DNA from: Scyliorhinus canicula | Lineage: Eukaryota | Assembly: GCF_902713615.1 (NCBI RefSeq) | Contig: NC_052156.1 | Coordinates: forward strand, 59,177,631 to 59,241,630 | Length of the DNA: 64,000 nt | Direction of reading: 5' to 3' | Shown: positions 13,290-25,400 of the stretch, one piece after another | Layout: each line of letters begins with the position of its first letter | Numbering within the stretch: the stretch's first letter is position 1 | The notes under the pieces: model-generated | The model's input: only the letters and a program-made list of their open reading frames with translations | What the model was told of the DNA's origin: nothing | Database searches by the model: none | Program-made: the position numbers and the translations under genes

Positions 13290-14480
13290 GGCCCCACATT
13301 AGGGCATTTAGAGAGGTGGTGGTCCTTCAAGGAGCTGCCGGACCGCCTGTGCCAAGGCCGACTCCAGCTTACCGTGGAGAACATGCACTACCTGTGCCAG
13401 ATGGTGGCGCACTTGGCATCGCGGGGGTTGGAGGAGGACACCTGCTCCCGGTGGCCGTCAAGGTGATGGTCGCCCTGAACATTCAAGGCGAAAAAAAAAA
13501 TTCAAGGCAAAAAAAAAGGGGCCTCACGGTAGCATGGTGGTTAGCATCAATGCTTCACAGCTCCAGGGTCCCAGGTTCGATTCCCGGCTGGGTCACTGTC
13601 TGTGTGGAGTCTGCACGTCCTCCCCGTGTGTGCGTGGGTTTCCTCCGGGTGCTCCGGTTTCCTCCCACAGTCCAAAAAGATGTGCAGGTTAGGTGGATTG
13701 GCCATGCTAAATTGCCCGTAGTGTAAGGTTAATGGGGGGATTGTTGGGTTACGGGTATACGGGTTACGTGGGTTTAAGTGGGGTGATCATTGCTCGGCAC
13801 AACATCGAGGGCCGAAGGGCCTGTTCTGTGCTGTACTGTTCTATGTTCTATGTTCTAACATTCATGCCTCTGGATCATTACAAGGTTCAAGCGGGCACCT
13901 GTGTGAAATTTCGCAACGTCCACGCAACGGTGCACCCGCGCTGTAACAGATGCCCTCTGTGCCCGGACATCAGTCTATATCATCTTTAATCTGGACCAGG
14001 CCCACCAGGATGCTTGGGCAGCATGATTTGCTGCCATCACTAGAATGCAACAGATCTAGGGGGGGGATTGGTGGTGCGCATGTCCCTCTCTGAGCACCGG
14101 TTCATCCGCGGGTGTCCTTCACCAATAGGAAGGGATTCCACTCCCGAATGTGCAGTTATGGTGTGACCATCAGCTGCATATCATACATGTCTGCGCCTGA
14201 TACCCAGGTAGTTTGCATGCTGCTTACATCCTGACGCACTCTGAGGCTCCTGACGCCTCTGAGACGCTCCCTCAGGTGAGCGGTGGGCTCTTGGGTGACA
14301 AGAGTTACCTGCTGAGGTCATGGCTGATGACACCCAGATTGAGTGGGCCCCAGATTGACGCGGACACCCATTATAACTACACCCATGCAGCAACCAGGAG
14401 CATCATTGAGCGGTGCATTGGCATCCTAAAGATGCACTTCTGATGCCTGGACCACTCTGGTTGACCTTTCCAATATAGCC
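13290..14480 (+). pseudogene. Harbinger DDE transposase remnant (HARBI1-like family)
   Basis: GGHLLPVAVKVMVALN|HASGSLQG across the SINE; LLGDKSYLLRSWLMTP...YNYTHAATRSIIERCIGILKMHF. Confidence 0.88.
13518..13857 (+). mobile_element. tRNA-derived SINE inserted in the Harbinger transposase
   Basis: Full head, core and (TTCTATG)n tail; flanking AACATTCA duplication. Confidence 0.9.
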
Positions 14481-15799
14481 CCAGGAGGACCTTTTTTATT
14501 TTTTAATAAACAATTTTATTGAGGTATTTTTGGCATAAAGAACAATGACATTGTATAGTACCATACAAAAAGAAAAGCCAATAACGCATAGTACAAACCA
14601 CAACTCCATCCTGCACAACATCACACAGCAGGAGGAGGAAGACTAGGTGGATGAGGAAGGTGTCCAAGATAATCCAGGCTTGGAGCCCAAGCTGGAGGTC
14701 AGGCCGCCAAACATGTGATCCTGGGCCGCTGCACACAGGACAACCTCATCACCTCCCTATTTTCTCACTAAATGGCCTGGTCACCAACAGCAGCGCCGCC
14801 CTGTCTCACCTCTCCTGTACCCACCCTCCCCTCCCTTACTTTAAAGTGAAACCCTCTTCACCATAACTGCTCATCCCTTCCCTCTCTCTCACTCTTTCAT
14901 TCCATCTTCCCTTTGCCTCAATCCCTCAATACCCCTAGCCATCCACTCCCTACTACCAGAGCAACCAGCATCACCATGGGGCCCTGGGCAGGCAATACCA
15001 GTGGTTCTTGTCAGTGGGATCGAGGATCATGGCTCACTGTGAGATGATCTCTAGTAGTTCTTCATCGTTTGACAAAGTCTGATTTCAGCCTTCAGCATCA
15101 CATTCCACTGTCTGCCCGGATGATCCTGCATGTGTGCTGGCCATTCCTTCTCACGGGCCCAAAGATGCTTGCGGGGGGGGGGGGGGGGCAGTGATGAAGT
15201 TGGTGTACAGTTAGGGCCCACTCATTGGGGATGCTGTCATACAAGGTGGCCTCACACTTCCAGCCCCATGCCCTGCCACGTTTTGCTGAGGGTGGCACCA
15301 TGTGGGACGTTCAAGTACCATAGGGGCCCTGCTCCACCCCACCTCCAGCATCCCCACACCCACACGACACATTCTCTACACCCATCCCATCCCTAACACC
15401 CATCAGATAGAGGTTAGAGGCAGGTCAGAGTGTTGGTGTAAAAGTGTTTAATGGTGAGTGCAATATCCCGCAAGGGATCTACGGGGTGAGAATGCTTGTC
15501 TTTCCTGTGGTCCTTGCAGAGTACAAGCTCCCCCGGCAGGGTATCTCATTAATCACTATATAAAAGGTCAGCCAGTAAGGCAGCAATCAGAGGACAATCC
15601 TATAGGGATTTACCGGTTAATGTATATATCGTTCTTGTAAATAAACTTTGTTTCTTATCGTACTCGGTGTAGACATCCTGTGTTCTTATTAAACTAGCGA
15701 CAAGGAGTAAACTGGTATTCTGTCGGCGCGGCAACCTGCTTAGCTGTGCCACCTCCCCAATTTTCTGGACCCAGGTTTCCATTTATTTGATTCGCCAAG

Positions 15800-16010
15800 T
15801 CGCTGATTTAGCATTGCTGCCTACGGAGCTGAGGACCCGGGTTCGAATCCTGGCCCTGGGTCACTGTCCGTGTGGAGTTTGCACATTCTCCCCGTGTGTG
15901 TGTGGGTTTCGCCCCCACAACCCAAAAGATGTGCAGGGTAGGTGGATTGGCCATGCTAAATTGCCCCTTAATTGGAAAAAATAATTGGGTACTCTAAATT
16001 TATTTTTAAA
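15800..16010 (+). mobile_element. Short tRNA-derived SINE
   Basis: GGTTCGAATCC B box and SINE core. Confidence 0.85.
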
Positions 16011-16785
16011 AAGTCTCTGGTTGGTTGGTAAGATACATTTGACGCCGGTGTTGAAGACAACAACCAATATGGTGAATGAATGCGTTATTTCTTCTTGGCC
16101 AACAATATCACTGAGTATGAATGCCAGACGGTCAAACTATTGACGGCCTGTGGACCGCATACATTCAGGGTGATCCGGAATCTCATGTATCCAGCGGCAC
16201 TGGATATGCGGGCATTTGACCAGCTCGTGATTCTTGTGGCGCAACACTTTAACACAACCCCGTTGTTAATCGTTCAAAAATATTGGGTTAATACGGCGAA
16301 AAGGTCCACAGGTGAGTTTGTCACCGAGTTCAAGCTCCTCGACCATTCAGTCTGCAGTATTAATAACATGGAGACTTTTGGGCAAAGACTCCCTGACTTT
16401 TCAGCAGATGCTACAGATCACTCTGTCCCAGGAAAGTGTGGAACGTGGTGCCTAAGCGGTTTAGGGTATGGGGATGAACGTTTTGGGATATCATCTCTCA
16501 TGTGGTACCTCCGCGACCTGGACTGACCACCACTGCATCTCTGGCCTCTGGACGCCGTTGGCCCCAGTTTCGGCTGAAGGTGACTACAGCCCGTGTGTGA
16601 CGTGTGGACACTGGTCTAGGCATCTCTGCAGACAGCAGTTAGGCCAGCGCTCCTGGTGCAGCCCTGATCAAGGTAGACATCCCAGGGCCGGGCCTTGCAT
16701 CTGGATGTGCCAGAATAGGCTGAGGATGAGGCTGAGATGCAGCTGAACTGTTTGGCAGCACCCTGGGTGTCCTGTTTTCATGTTC

Positions 16786-17101
16786 CAATACAATAATAGT
16801 AATCTTTATTAGTGTCTCAAGTAGGCTTACATTAACACTGCAATGAAGTTACTGTGAAAAGCCCCTAGTTGTCACACTCCGGCACCTGTTCGGGTAACTG
16901 AGGGAGAATTCAGGATGTCCAACTCACCTAATAAGCACGTCTTTCGGGACTTGTGGGAGGAAACCGGAGCACCCGGAGGAAACACACACAAACATGGAGA
17001 ACGTGCAGACTCTGCACAGACAGTGACGCTAGCCAGGAATCAAACCTGGGACCCTGGTACTGTTTAGCAACAGTGCTAATCACTGTGCTACCATGCCACC
17101 C
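16786..17101 (-). mobile_element. tRNA-derived SINE, second subfamily with (TTA)n tail
   Basis: SINE core plus aagcctactt...aataaagattatta type tail. Confidence 0.85.
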
Positions 17102-17214
17102 TACAAGTGAATGGTCATGACCTCCAAATGGAGCTGGATACGGGAGCGGCCGTTTCTGTGATGGCACAGAGCACTTTTGCTCTTATCAAACAAGATGTGC
17201 ATACACTGTCTTTG

Positions 17215-17376
17215 GCTGACAGCTGCTGCCACTGCCTCCCCCGTGGCATTGGTGTTCCTGCTGCTGGCCCTCGGACACCTTCGGGGGAACAGGGTGCGGC
17301 ATCTCTCATTCACAGTGTCGAGAAGCCTGCCCAGGTCGGTCTCCCCAAAGCGAGGAGCAGGTCTGCATGCTGCCAT
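17215..17376 (-). pseudogene. N-terminus of Harbinger Myb/SANT-like DNA-binding protein
   Basis: MAACRPAPRFGETDLGRLLDTVNERCRTLFP...EAVAAAVS fits the RxxRF...LL..V....LF....W..VA..V pattern apart from the lost Trp. Confidence 0.7.
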
Positions 17377-18059
17377 GCCTGTGTGTTGACTGGAGTGAGT
17401 GGCAAGGAAATGTTTAAAAGCAGCTCCCCCTTGTTAGCAGCAAGATGCTGAGGCGGGAATGAGACGGCGAGACGGCCAATAATGGCTAGATGCTCGTTGG
17501 GGCTCATCTCGCAAATCACGCCCAAAATGACACTCAGAAATGTTTCCGTTAAATCCCACCCTTTGTCTCCCAAATGTATAATATTTAGTGTTTACTTTTG
17601 TTCTGTTTTAAACCGTGGTGTCTTGCGTTTTTTCTGGTAAATTACTGGAATTTTAGATTTTATTAAAAAAGAACAGTTCCTGGTCTCTGTGGTGTTTGTA
17701 TCTCTGTGTAGATGCAATACCACTGAGCAAGCACTAGAGGGAGCACGGGAGAGATATAAATACGCACGAACAGGAAGTCAGGACACACTTCACAGGAACG
17801 GGAACTGGTAGCAAGACATAGGCAAGCAGCATGGATGTAACCTTAAGTTAAGCACTGAAGAGAGAACAAACTTACAATAAAGCATCTACTTCAACTTTAA
17901 GACTACGAGCTTAATTAAGACACAAGGAACACCACATGGTACCAAGAGTGGCTTCAGAACCTTTACTATAAGATTGCGCAAACTGCACACATAGAAAGAC
18001 CAAAATGGCAAGGAAAACTCCTACTGGCCATTCGACCATGGGAAGACTTTGCTAATTCG

Positions 18060-20569
18060 ATGATATTGACTGGAACACCACCTCAGCTGAACATAACCGG
18101 TAATTTAAGTAATGCCTGGAAAAGATTTAAACAAATGTTTGATATATATATCATAGCTAATGATTTAGAAGCAGCCTCAGACGAAATGAAAATAGCACTG
18201 CTCATCGGAGGACATGAAGCCAGAGAAACATATAATTGCTTTAAATACTTGAAAGATGAAGACAGCACCAAATTAGAAATAATACCAAAAAAATTTGAAG
18301 AGTACTGTATGGAATTTGTACAGTACTGTATGCTCAAAGACCAAACTGCACAGGGACTGAGTGATGCAAAACTCAAACAATCACTATCAGAACAGAAAGG
18401 GTTCAGTCTAGAAATCGTGAGTGAAAAGTCCAGATCGAAAGGAAAAAGTAACTTGAACTTTTCACAAAGACAAAACGCTGAAATCCAGTCCAGATCGAAA
18501 GGAAAAAGTAACTTGAACTTTTTAGAAAGAAAAAAACGCTGAAATCCACTGTAAAATGGCATCTGAGCACATTTCACAGTCTCTGGGGAACAAAAGACGA
18601 AAATCTGTTTCTGTGCATGCGCAGGAAACAGAAGCCGCGCATGCACAGTTAAAATCAGCTGTTTTGCGTTCTGCGCATGCCCAAGCCACGCATGCCCAGT
18701 TGAAAGGAACGAGTGCACCATTCGAAGATGGTTCTGCGCATGCGCAAGCCGCGCATGCGCAGTGGACACAAAACCGCACAGTAAAGGAAGACCGATTTGC
18801 GCATGTGCAATCGATTCCTACACATGACGTCATGAGCGTCATGACGTCTGAGGACCCGGACCACGCCCATTTAAAAGGGAAACGCCCGAAAATTAAAAAG
18901 AAGATACTTAAAGCTGTAAAACCCAATTTTCTTACCTCAAAATATTGAAAAACGCCTGAATTTACACCAGCAGTTCAAAATAACTCTCACAACACCTTGG
19001 AACAAGCAGTCTGCACCACCCAAAGTGAAGAGAACAAAAACAATTCCAAAACAAAAAAAGATGAAGAAAACGATACCAAATCCGAAGCAAAAAAAGATGA
19101 TATGTTTTTCGAACAATACTACTCAGGCATGGCTGAGTTATTCGGATATGCTGATCACAGCATCAGCAACACGGTCGCAAAGCTCAACACGACTCTACTC
19201 ATGGTAGCTGAATCCAACACCATGGTGCCATGGCAGATCGTCGATACATTGGATGACAGCAATACCCAAGACGAAGACGACGCCACACAGAGAGCACAGA
19301 AAGACTCCACAGAGAGAGTGATGAAAGACTCCACAAAGAGAGTGACGCGAGCCTCCACAGACAGCTTGTTGAAAGACTGAAATGGAAGCAAGCAAACACT
19401 CTCTAGCGAACACCATGCATAAACAAGACCATGAAGGTCAACCCACCATATCTGAGCAACCACAAGCAGACTATGAAAGTCTACCAAGCTCACATAATCA
19501 AGAAGAAGATAATGTAAATCTACCCACTGCATGCGAAAACAGTGACAATGTGATCACACTCGACATACAGGAGGTGCAGGATCACAGTGAGACTGACAGA
19601 TCTAAGTTTGTCTGTACAGAAGCACAGAGTAGGGCTACCCAAGAGTCCAGAGAGACCACGTCAATAGAAATCATGAAGATTTTGACTCCAGAAGAGGAGC
19701 ACCAAGAGTCCAGAGAGACCATGTCAATAGAAATCGTGAAGATTTTGACTCCAGAAGGGGAGCACCAAGACCAACAAGAAAATTAAGTTGTGAAGAATTT
19801 GAACCCAGAAGAGGAGCACCAAGAAAGCAAAGAAGAGGAATTAAATCCACCACAAATGACTCCAGAAGAGGAGTACAAAGGAAGCAAAGAAGAGGAATCA
19901 AATCCACCACAAATGACTGATGTCACCAGCATCAATGCAACATCGGATCATTCTCACCATTCTCTAGATGAAACGTTCAATGTAACAGATACCACAAGGG
20001 ACACTCGCACCAATAACTGTGACAATGACTCAAATTATCCACACTGGACACTCATTGAGCACAACAAGAAAAACAAAAACCACAAGAAGCACAGCAGAAA
20101 CAAGAACAACAACAGCAAGAACAAAAGCAACATGAAATGCAACAAGAACAACAAAAATCGCAAGAAGCGCTGCAGAAACAAGAACAACAGCAACAACAAA
20201 AACTACAAGAAGAACAACAAAAACAACAAGAAGCATAACAAAAACAACAAGAACGACAACGAAAACAAAAAAGACAGAAACGACAGAAACAACAACAATG
20301 AAACGACGACTTGTACACAATGGTACAACTCTGCACATGAAGGACAATGCCACAGCACACTGCAAAACAATGACAAGACTACAAACATGCCATGGGATGA
20401 CAACGAATCTCACAAACTCACATCTGCTCCAGAACAAGCAAACACACCAGCTTTCAAGGCAGATGACACACTAAATCAATACCACAAGCACAGAAAAAAA
20501 AAGTCCATGTCAGTCAACATCAGTGGTTCAACCATTCTAACACCTTGGGATGACGTATTGGTTACTTAA
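18060..20569 (+). pseudogene. Disrupted long ORF: Gag N-terminus fused to AHAQ repeats, acidic repeats and an N/K-rich tract
   Basis: Five consecutive plus ORFs joined by about 2 frameshifts and 2 stops; N-terminus PPQLNITGNLSNAWKRFKQ...EAASDEMKIALL aligns with element 1 Gag. Confidence 0.7.
20060..20300 (+). repeat. Imperfect (AAC/AAG)n microsatellite encoding the N/K-rich tract
   Basis: Visible trinucleotide repeats. Confidence 0.9.
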
Positions 20570-22469
20570 AAAAACAAGAACACCGACAACATTCAAAACG
20601 GAGTTGCAATATCAATATCACCACGTCAACAACGAAAAAGAAAAAACTCATAGAACAAATTCATCAAGTTTGGACTCATAAATATAAATTCGCTTTGTAA
20701 AATATCCAATATCACCATCACTTGTATAGATACACATATCATAGGTAATCTAACGGTTTTGTACAATTTTCTTTAACAATGTACAGAAAATATGTAAAGA
20801 AAAAAGGGGGATGTGGTGATTGTATATCTGTGTAGATGCAATACAACTGAGCAAGCACTAGAGGGAGCACGGGAGAGATATAAATACACACGAACAGGAA
20901 GTTAGGACACACTTCACAGGAACGGGAACTGGTAGCAAGACATAGACAAGCAGCATGGATGTAACCTTAAGTTAAGCACTGAAGAGAGAACAAACTTACA
21001 ATAAAGCATCTACTTCAACTTTAAGACTACGAGCTTTATTAAGACACAAGGAACAACACAGTCTCCACCAAGATCATAACATTATGGTAACATTCTAACC
21101 TAAGGTTACTAGCCTGAAATTCCACCCACCGAAGTCCATGGACGTTTGAATGTGTTTGCCACATTTTACTGACCGCCCCTCTAGCAACAGGATCCCAAAA
21201 TTCTGGTTGCAGAGTCAACAAAGGAATGGGTTTATAATTAGTGGGGTAGATTTAGAAAGCAAATCAATCTAAGCACATAAAATCTTTACTATGCTAAAGT
21301 GTGATATACTTCAAAGTAACTTAACATATTTAACCATACATTAATGATTGTCACTCCTTTTAAGTGACACTTGTCTTTGCAACACTGAATCAATACCACT
21401 TTACTGTGCTTCTAGCGACCTTGCATAAGGTAACATTAAAACAGAAGATCAGGCCATATTCCATACAACACTCTGAAATATCAGTAATCCATGAGGAATA
21501 TATAAACCAACAGGATTGAGCATCGCTAAAATGGTTTGATATGCAAATTTGTTCATTTAGAAGTCCAATTCTCCTTTTAACCTTGTATGGCCTGAACTCA
21601 GAATTCTTGTATAATCTTTATAAAATGTCTAAGGCTTTTAAAATGCCTTTTTTAACTTGTTACACTGATGTATAAAATTACTGTTGTCAGAAGAGATTAA
21701 AATATAATAGCTATATAAAATGAGATTTTCACAGAATTCTGAATCACATGATGTAATTCAAGTCACTAACGGGGCCGAGCAAGTAGTTTTAAAGAGAGGT
21801 TTGTAACCAAATATTTGATTGCGAATTAATTCACAGAATGGTGAGAATGCAAATATATTTTGGTATTTGTTTAAAAAAATATTATTTCTGCATTACTGTA
21901 AGATAAGGACGGTTTTGCTGGAACTACTAATCCAACTTCAGGGACTATCTATTGTGTCAGGCTTTACTTGTGTCCCATTCAGAATATAAATTGGGTCAAG
22001 TTAGCCGTCACCCTCTACCAGATGCTCAGTAATCTATTCATAAAACCCCAGGTAATTTCATTAACCTGCTGCCCAGGGGAGGATATTGTGATGGATTGGG
22101 TGGTTTGTTTTGTCACTATCTACGTTTTGAGTTTGGTCACCTTACTGGGAGAAGTTTGACGCGGACTGCAGACTCTGTGGATAAAGACAAACTAATTAAA
22201 GTTCCATTGCAAACAGGCAGGGTGATTGTTGGTCCATTTAGTTCAAAACAGTATTTTAATCAGTAATAAAATTGATGAATACTACAGTTGGAATTTGTGG
22301 TTGTGTTTTTCACCAACAAAGGTAACTAAGGTAACAAATCTAAACTATGCTTCTATTTCACTGTTGTCTTTCAGTAATCATATTGAAATTAATATTCAGG
22401 ATAGCATTCTTTTGTATGGGTGAGGAGAGTGGGCCTGTACCAGGGAAGCGATGAGGTATTGTATTTGAT

Positions 22470-25400
22470 TCAATTGCCCAGATTAGATAAATGAAGCGTG
22501 CCTCTCTTATCAGCTTTGTTTCTGTCTCTTGTGTATTTCTTGACTTCTTGGGTTGTCCAAAACCAAGATGCCATGGATACTGTACGACAGCCGGAGTTTT
22601 TTGATCGCTGCTTTAGAAGTCGCCAACGGCATGCACTGGACGTCCAGCCACTTTGAGTGGGCGACTGGAAGGAGATGAAGCATTCGCCCCTGCAAAGTCG
22701 ATGTGGGGCCTTGCTCATGGGTGACCCAGCCACTTCCTGGGGTGCCATGGCTCCACAGGGGAAAAGTTTCTGTTGCTCCTGACATATTCCAATCTGCTGG
22801 GCAAGCTGCACCATTTCTGCGTCCATGCCGGGCCACCAGGTGTAATTGCAGGCTACTATCTTCATCTTCGACACCCCAGGGTGCCCGTTGTGGAGGTCTG
22901 CCAGGATGGGGCCTTGCTATATTTTAGGAACACCACGCGTGCCCCCGACAGGAGGACCCCATCTCCGATGCTGAATTCTGCGTTCTTGGACGCAAATGCC
23001 TTCAGCTCATAGGGAAGAGCGTGATGCTGAGCCCCATACAAAATGATGTGGCGAACCTGGGAAAGTGGGGAATCGGTTTTAGTCCATTCACGTATCTGGG
23101 TTGCTGTGACCTGGCAATGTGTCCATGAAGGACATGTAGGCGACGGCTTCATCGGTGCTCGAGGGCGTTGGAAGTGGGACCCTACTTAAGGCATCCACGT
23201 GTGCGATCTGCATCCTGAGGTGGTGCTCCAGCATGTACTCATACGCAGCCAAAATGAGGGCCCATTGCTGAATCTTAGCCACGCAATGGGGGAACGGCTC
23301 TGTCCTCTGTAAACAACGGTTTGTGATCGGTGAGCACCGTGAGCCCATAGATGTACTGATGCAATTTCTTGACAGTAAACACCTTGGCCAAATCCTCCTT
23401 TTCGAATTGGGCGTAGTTTCACTCCGCCGCGGCGTGCGTCCGTGAGACAAATGAGATTGGATGCTTCATTCCGCCATCCATTCGGTGGGACAAAAGCACC
23501 CCAATGCTGTAAGGCAAGGCATCTCAATTGACCACGAATGGCCTGGTGGGTCGAAATGGGTGAGCAGCTGGAAAGACGAGAGCTGTTTCTTCACCACTGC
23601 AAATGCCATCTCCTGAGGCAGAACCCGTGTCCACATCTGGCTCTTCTTGGGCGGTTGTACAGGGGGACCAACATTGTCACCAATCTCAGGACAAATTTGC
23701 CGTAATAATTAATGAGTCCCAGAAATGAACTGAGTTCCATATCCTGCTAAGGTACGGGGGCCTGCCCGATGGCCCAAACTTTTTCTTCGACCGGGTGAAG
23801 GCCATCCCGGTACACGCGGTAACCCAAGTAAGTCATCTCACGGATGTACTTCTCCCTACGGAGGCAAACACCAGAGGCCGCAAAGCGACGGAGCCCCTCG
23901 TCAAGGTTATCCAAATGTTCTTCTTCCATCATCCTGGTGACCAGTACGTGGGAGAAATAAACTGCCACACGTGATAAGTCCCGCAATATGTTCTCCATTA
24001 CATGCTGGAATATGGCACAGGCCGGCGAGACCCCAAATGGCAACATGGTGTATTTGTACAATCCCCGGTGAGTATTTACCTTCACATTCTTAAGGGATTT
24101 TGGATCGAGCACTAACTGGAGATACACATGGCTTATGCCATGCTCAGTGAATGAATCTCCTCCACTGAGCTTTGTGCAACGGTCCTTGATCCTCGGCATG
24201 GGGCAATGGTCTAGCTTGGATCTCTGGTTAACGGTCATTTATAGTCACCAAAAAGGCGCACGGGTTCATCGTGCTTCAAGACGGGGATGACCGGCACTGC
24301 CCAATCTGCGAACTTCTCAGGCGGTCGAGCTCTGTGTCCACTTTAGGCCCTTGTACCAACGGAGCCCAGTGTGCACAGAAGTACCTCAGCTGCGCCTCAG
24401 GGTCCACATAAATTATCGTCGAGGCCCCACGGATACTGTCCACTCAGGCTTTGAAAACCACAGGATATTTTCCCAGCACTGCGTATGGGCCTCTGGAATT
24501 CATCCGAAACATGTGCTGCCAATCGAGGCAGAGGCACTGCAACCAATATCAGCTGTTGCCCCATACCACGACCAGGGGTAGGCAAATAGACTGCTACCTG
24601 TAGCCAACTTGGACCACCGTAGTCCCTATAATCGCCAGTGGCTCCCCAGTATAGTGGCCAACTGGGCCTCTGTGTTCTGCAATGATAGAGGCTGAACACC
24701 TGTCCGGATTCTGTCGATAGTACCTTTGTCGACAACCGAGGCGGCAGCACCCGTGTCTAATTCCATGTGGATTGGATGATCATTGACACAAACCGTGATC
24801 CTAATGGGCCTAACTTTGGTTGAGGAATCGCAGTTCAGCTGCTGGCAATCATCTTCTGTTTCATCCACGAAGAAGGTGAACAGCTGGAAAGGGTGGCCAG
24901 GCCTAGCAGGGTGGTGGGTGGGTGGGTGGGCCGTCCCATGAACATCACTTTCTGTAACCATGCCAACCACATGCCCTGCAATAACCGGGGTGTACCTCAT
25001 CAGGATCAGGGGATGGGTCCTATCCAGCTCCCTGGGTCCGAGGTGGAAGTTCTGATGCTCAGCGGGCAGTTGTCCAGGGCCAGTGGCCGGGATTGCCTGG
25101 TCAAGAGGGTGCCACATAGCCTAGACTGAGGACATCAACCCCCTGAAATGCTTGCATGCCCTGATTTCTCTTTGGCATTTTTGAGATCCAGCTGGGACTC
25201 AGCAAGCAGTTCTCTTTGGGACGCCGCATTGCAGATACCACAGGCCAATCTGTCCCGTGGCATCTCCAAAGGGACAGCCCCATATTTGCAAACTCTGCAA
25301 ATTCCAGTGATGCACTAAATATTCCAACATGGACTCACCAGGGATTTGTTCAGCCATATTAAAACGGTAGCACTGGCCAATGACTGACGGTCTGGGTTTG

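Larger units (their letters stand above)
15459..17215 (+). mobile_element. Truncated Gypsy remnant: 5' LTR, tRNA-Ser-like PBS, gag and protease fragments
   Basis: LTR about 15459-15692; TAGCGACAAGGA PBS at 15695; MRYFFLANNI gag; VNGHDLQMELDTGAAVSVM protease. Confidence 0.8.
11547..17561. mobile_element. Degenerate PIF/Harbinger transposon (transposase on plus, Myb/SANT partner on minus) with nested insertions; ends approximate
   Basis: Convergent transposase and Myb remnants; weak GG..GAATT / AAATCCCACCC terminal motifs. Confidence 0.55.
17688..21060 (+). mobile_element. Complete non-autonomous LTR element (element 3): gag-derived plus low-complexity ORF, no pol
   Basis: 249-bp LTRs 17688-17936 and 20812-21060 (8 differences counted); 5-bp TSD GTCTC; PBS TGGTACCAAGAGTGG (tRNA-Leu-like) at 17937; PPT at about 20796-20811. 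Confidence 0.95.

Noticed and set aside
19638-19918. Regularly spaced repeats as a CRISPR array
   Set aside because: Tandem in-frame duplications without unique spacers, in a eukaryotic retroelement
20030-20437. Minus-strand Cys-rich and Val/Leu-rich ORFs resembling metallothionein, keratin-associated or membrane proteins
   Set aside because: Antisense translations of the AAC/AAG microsatellite
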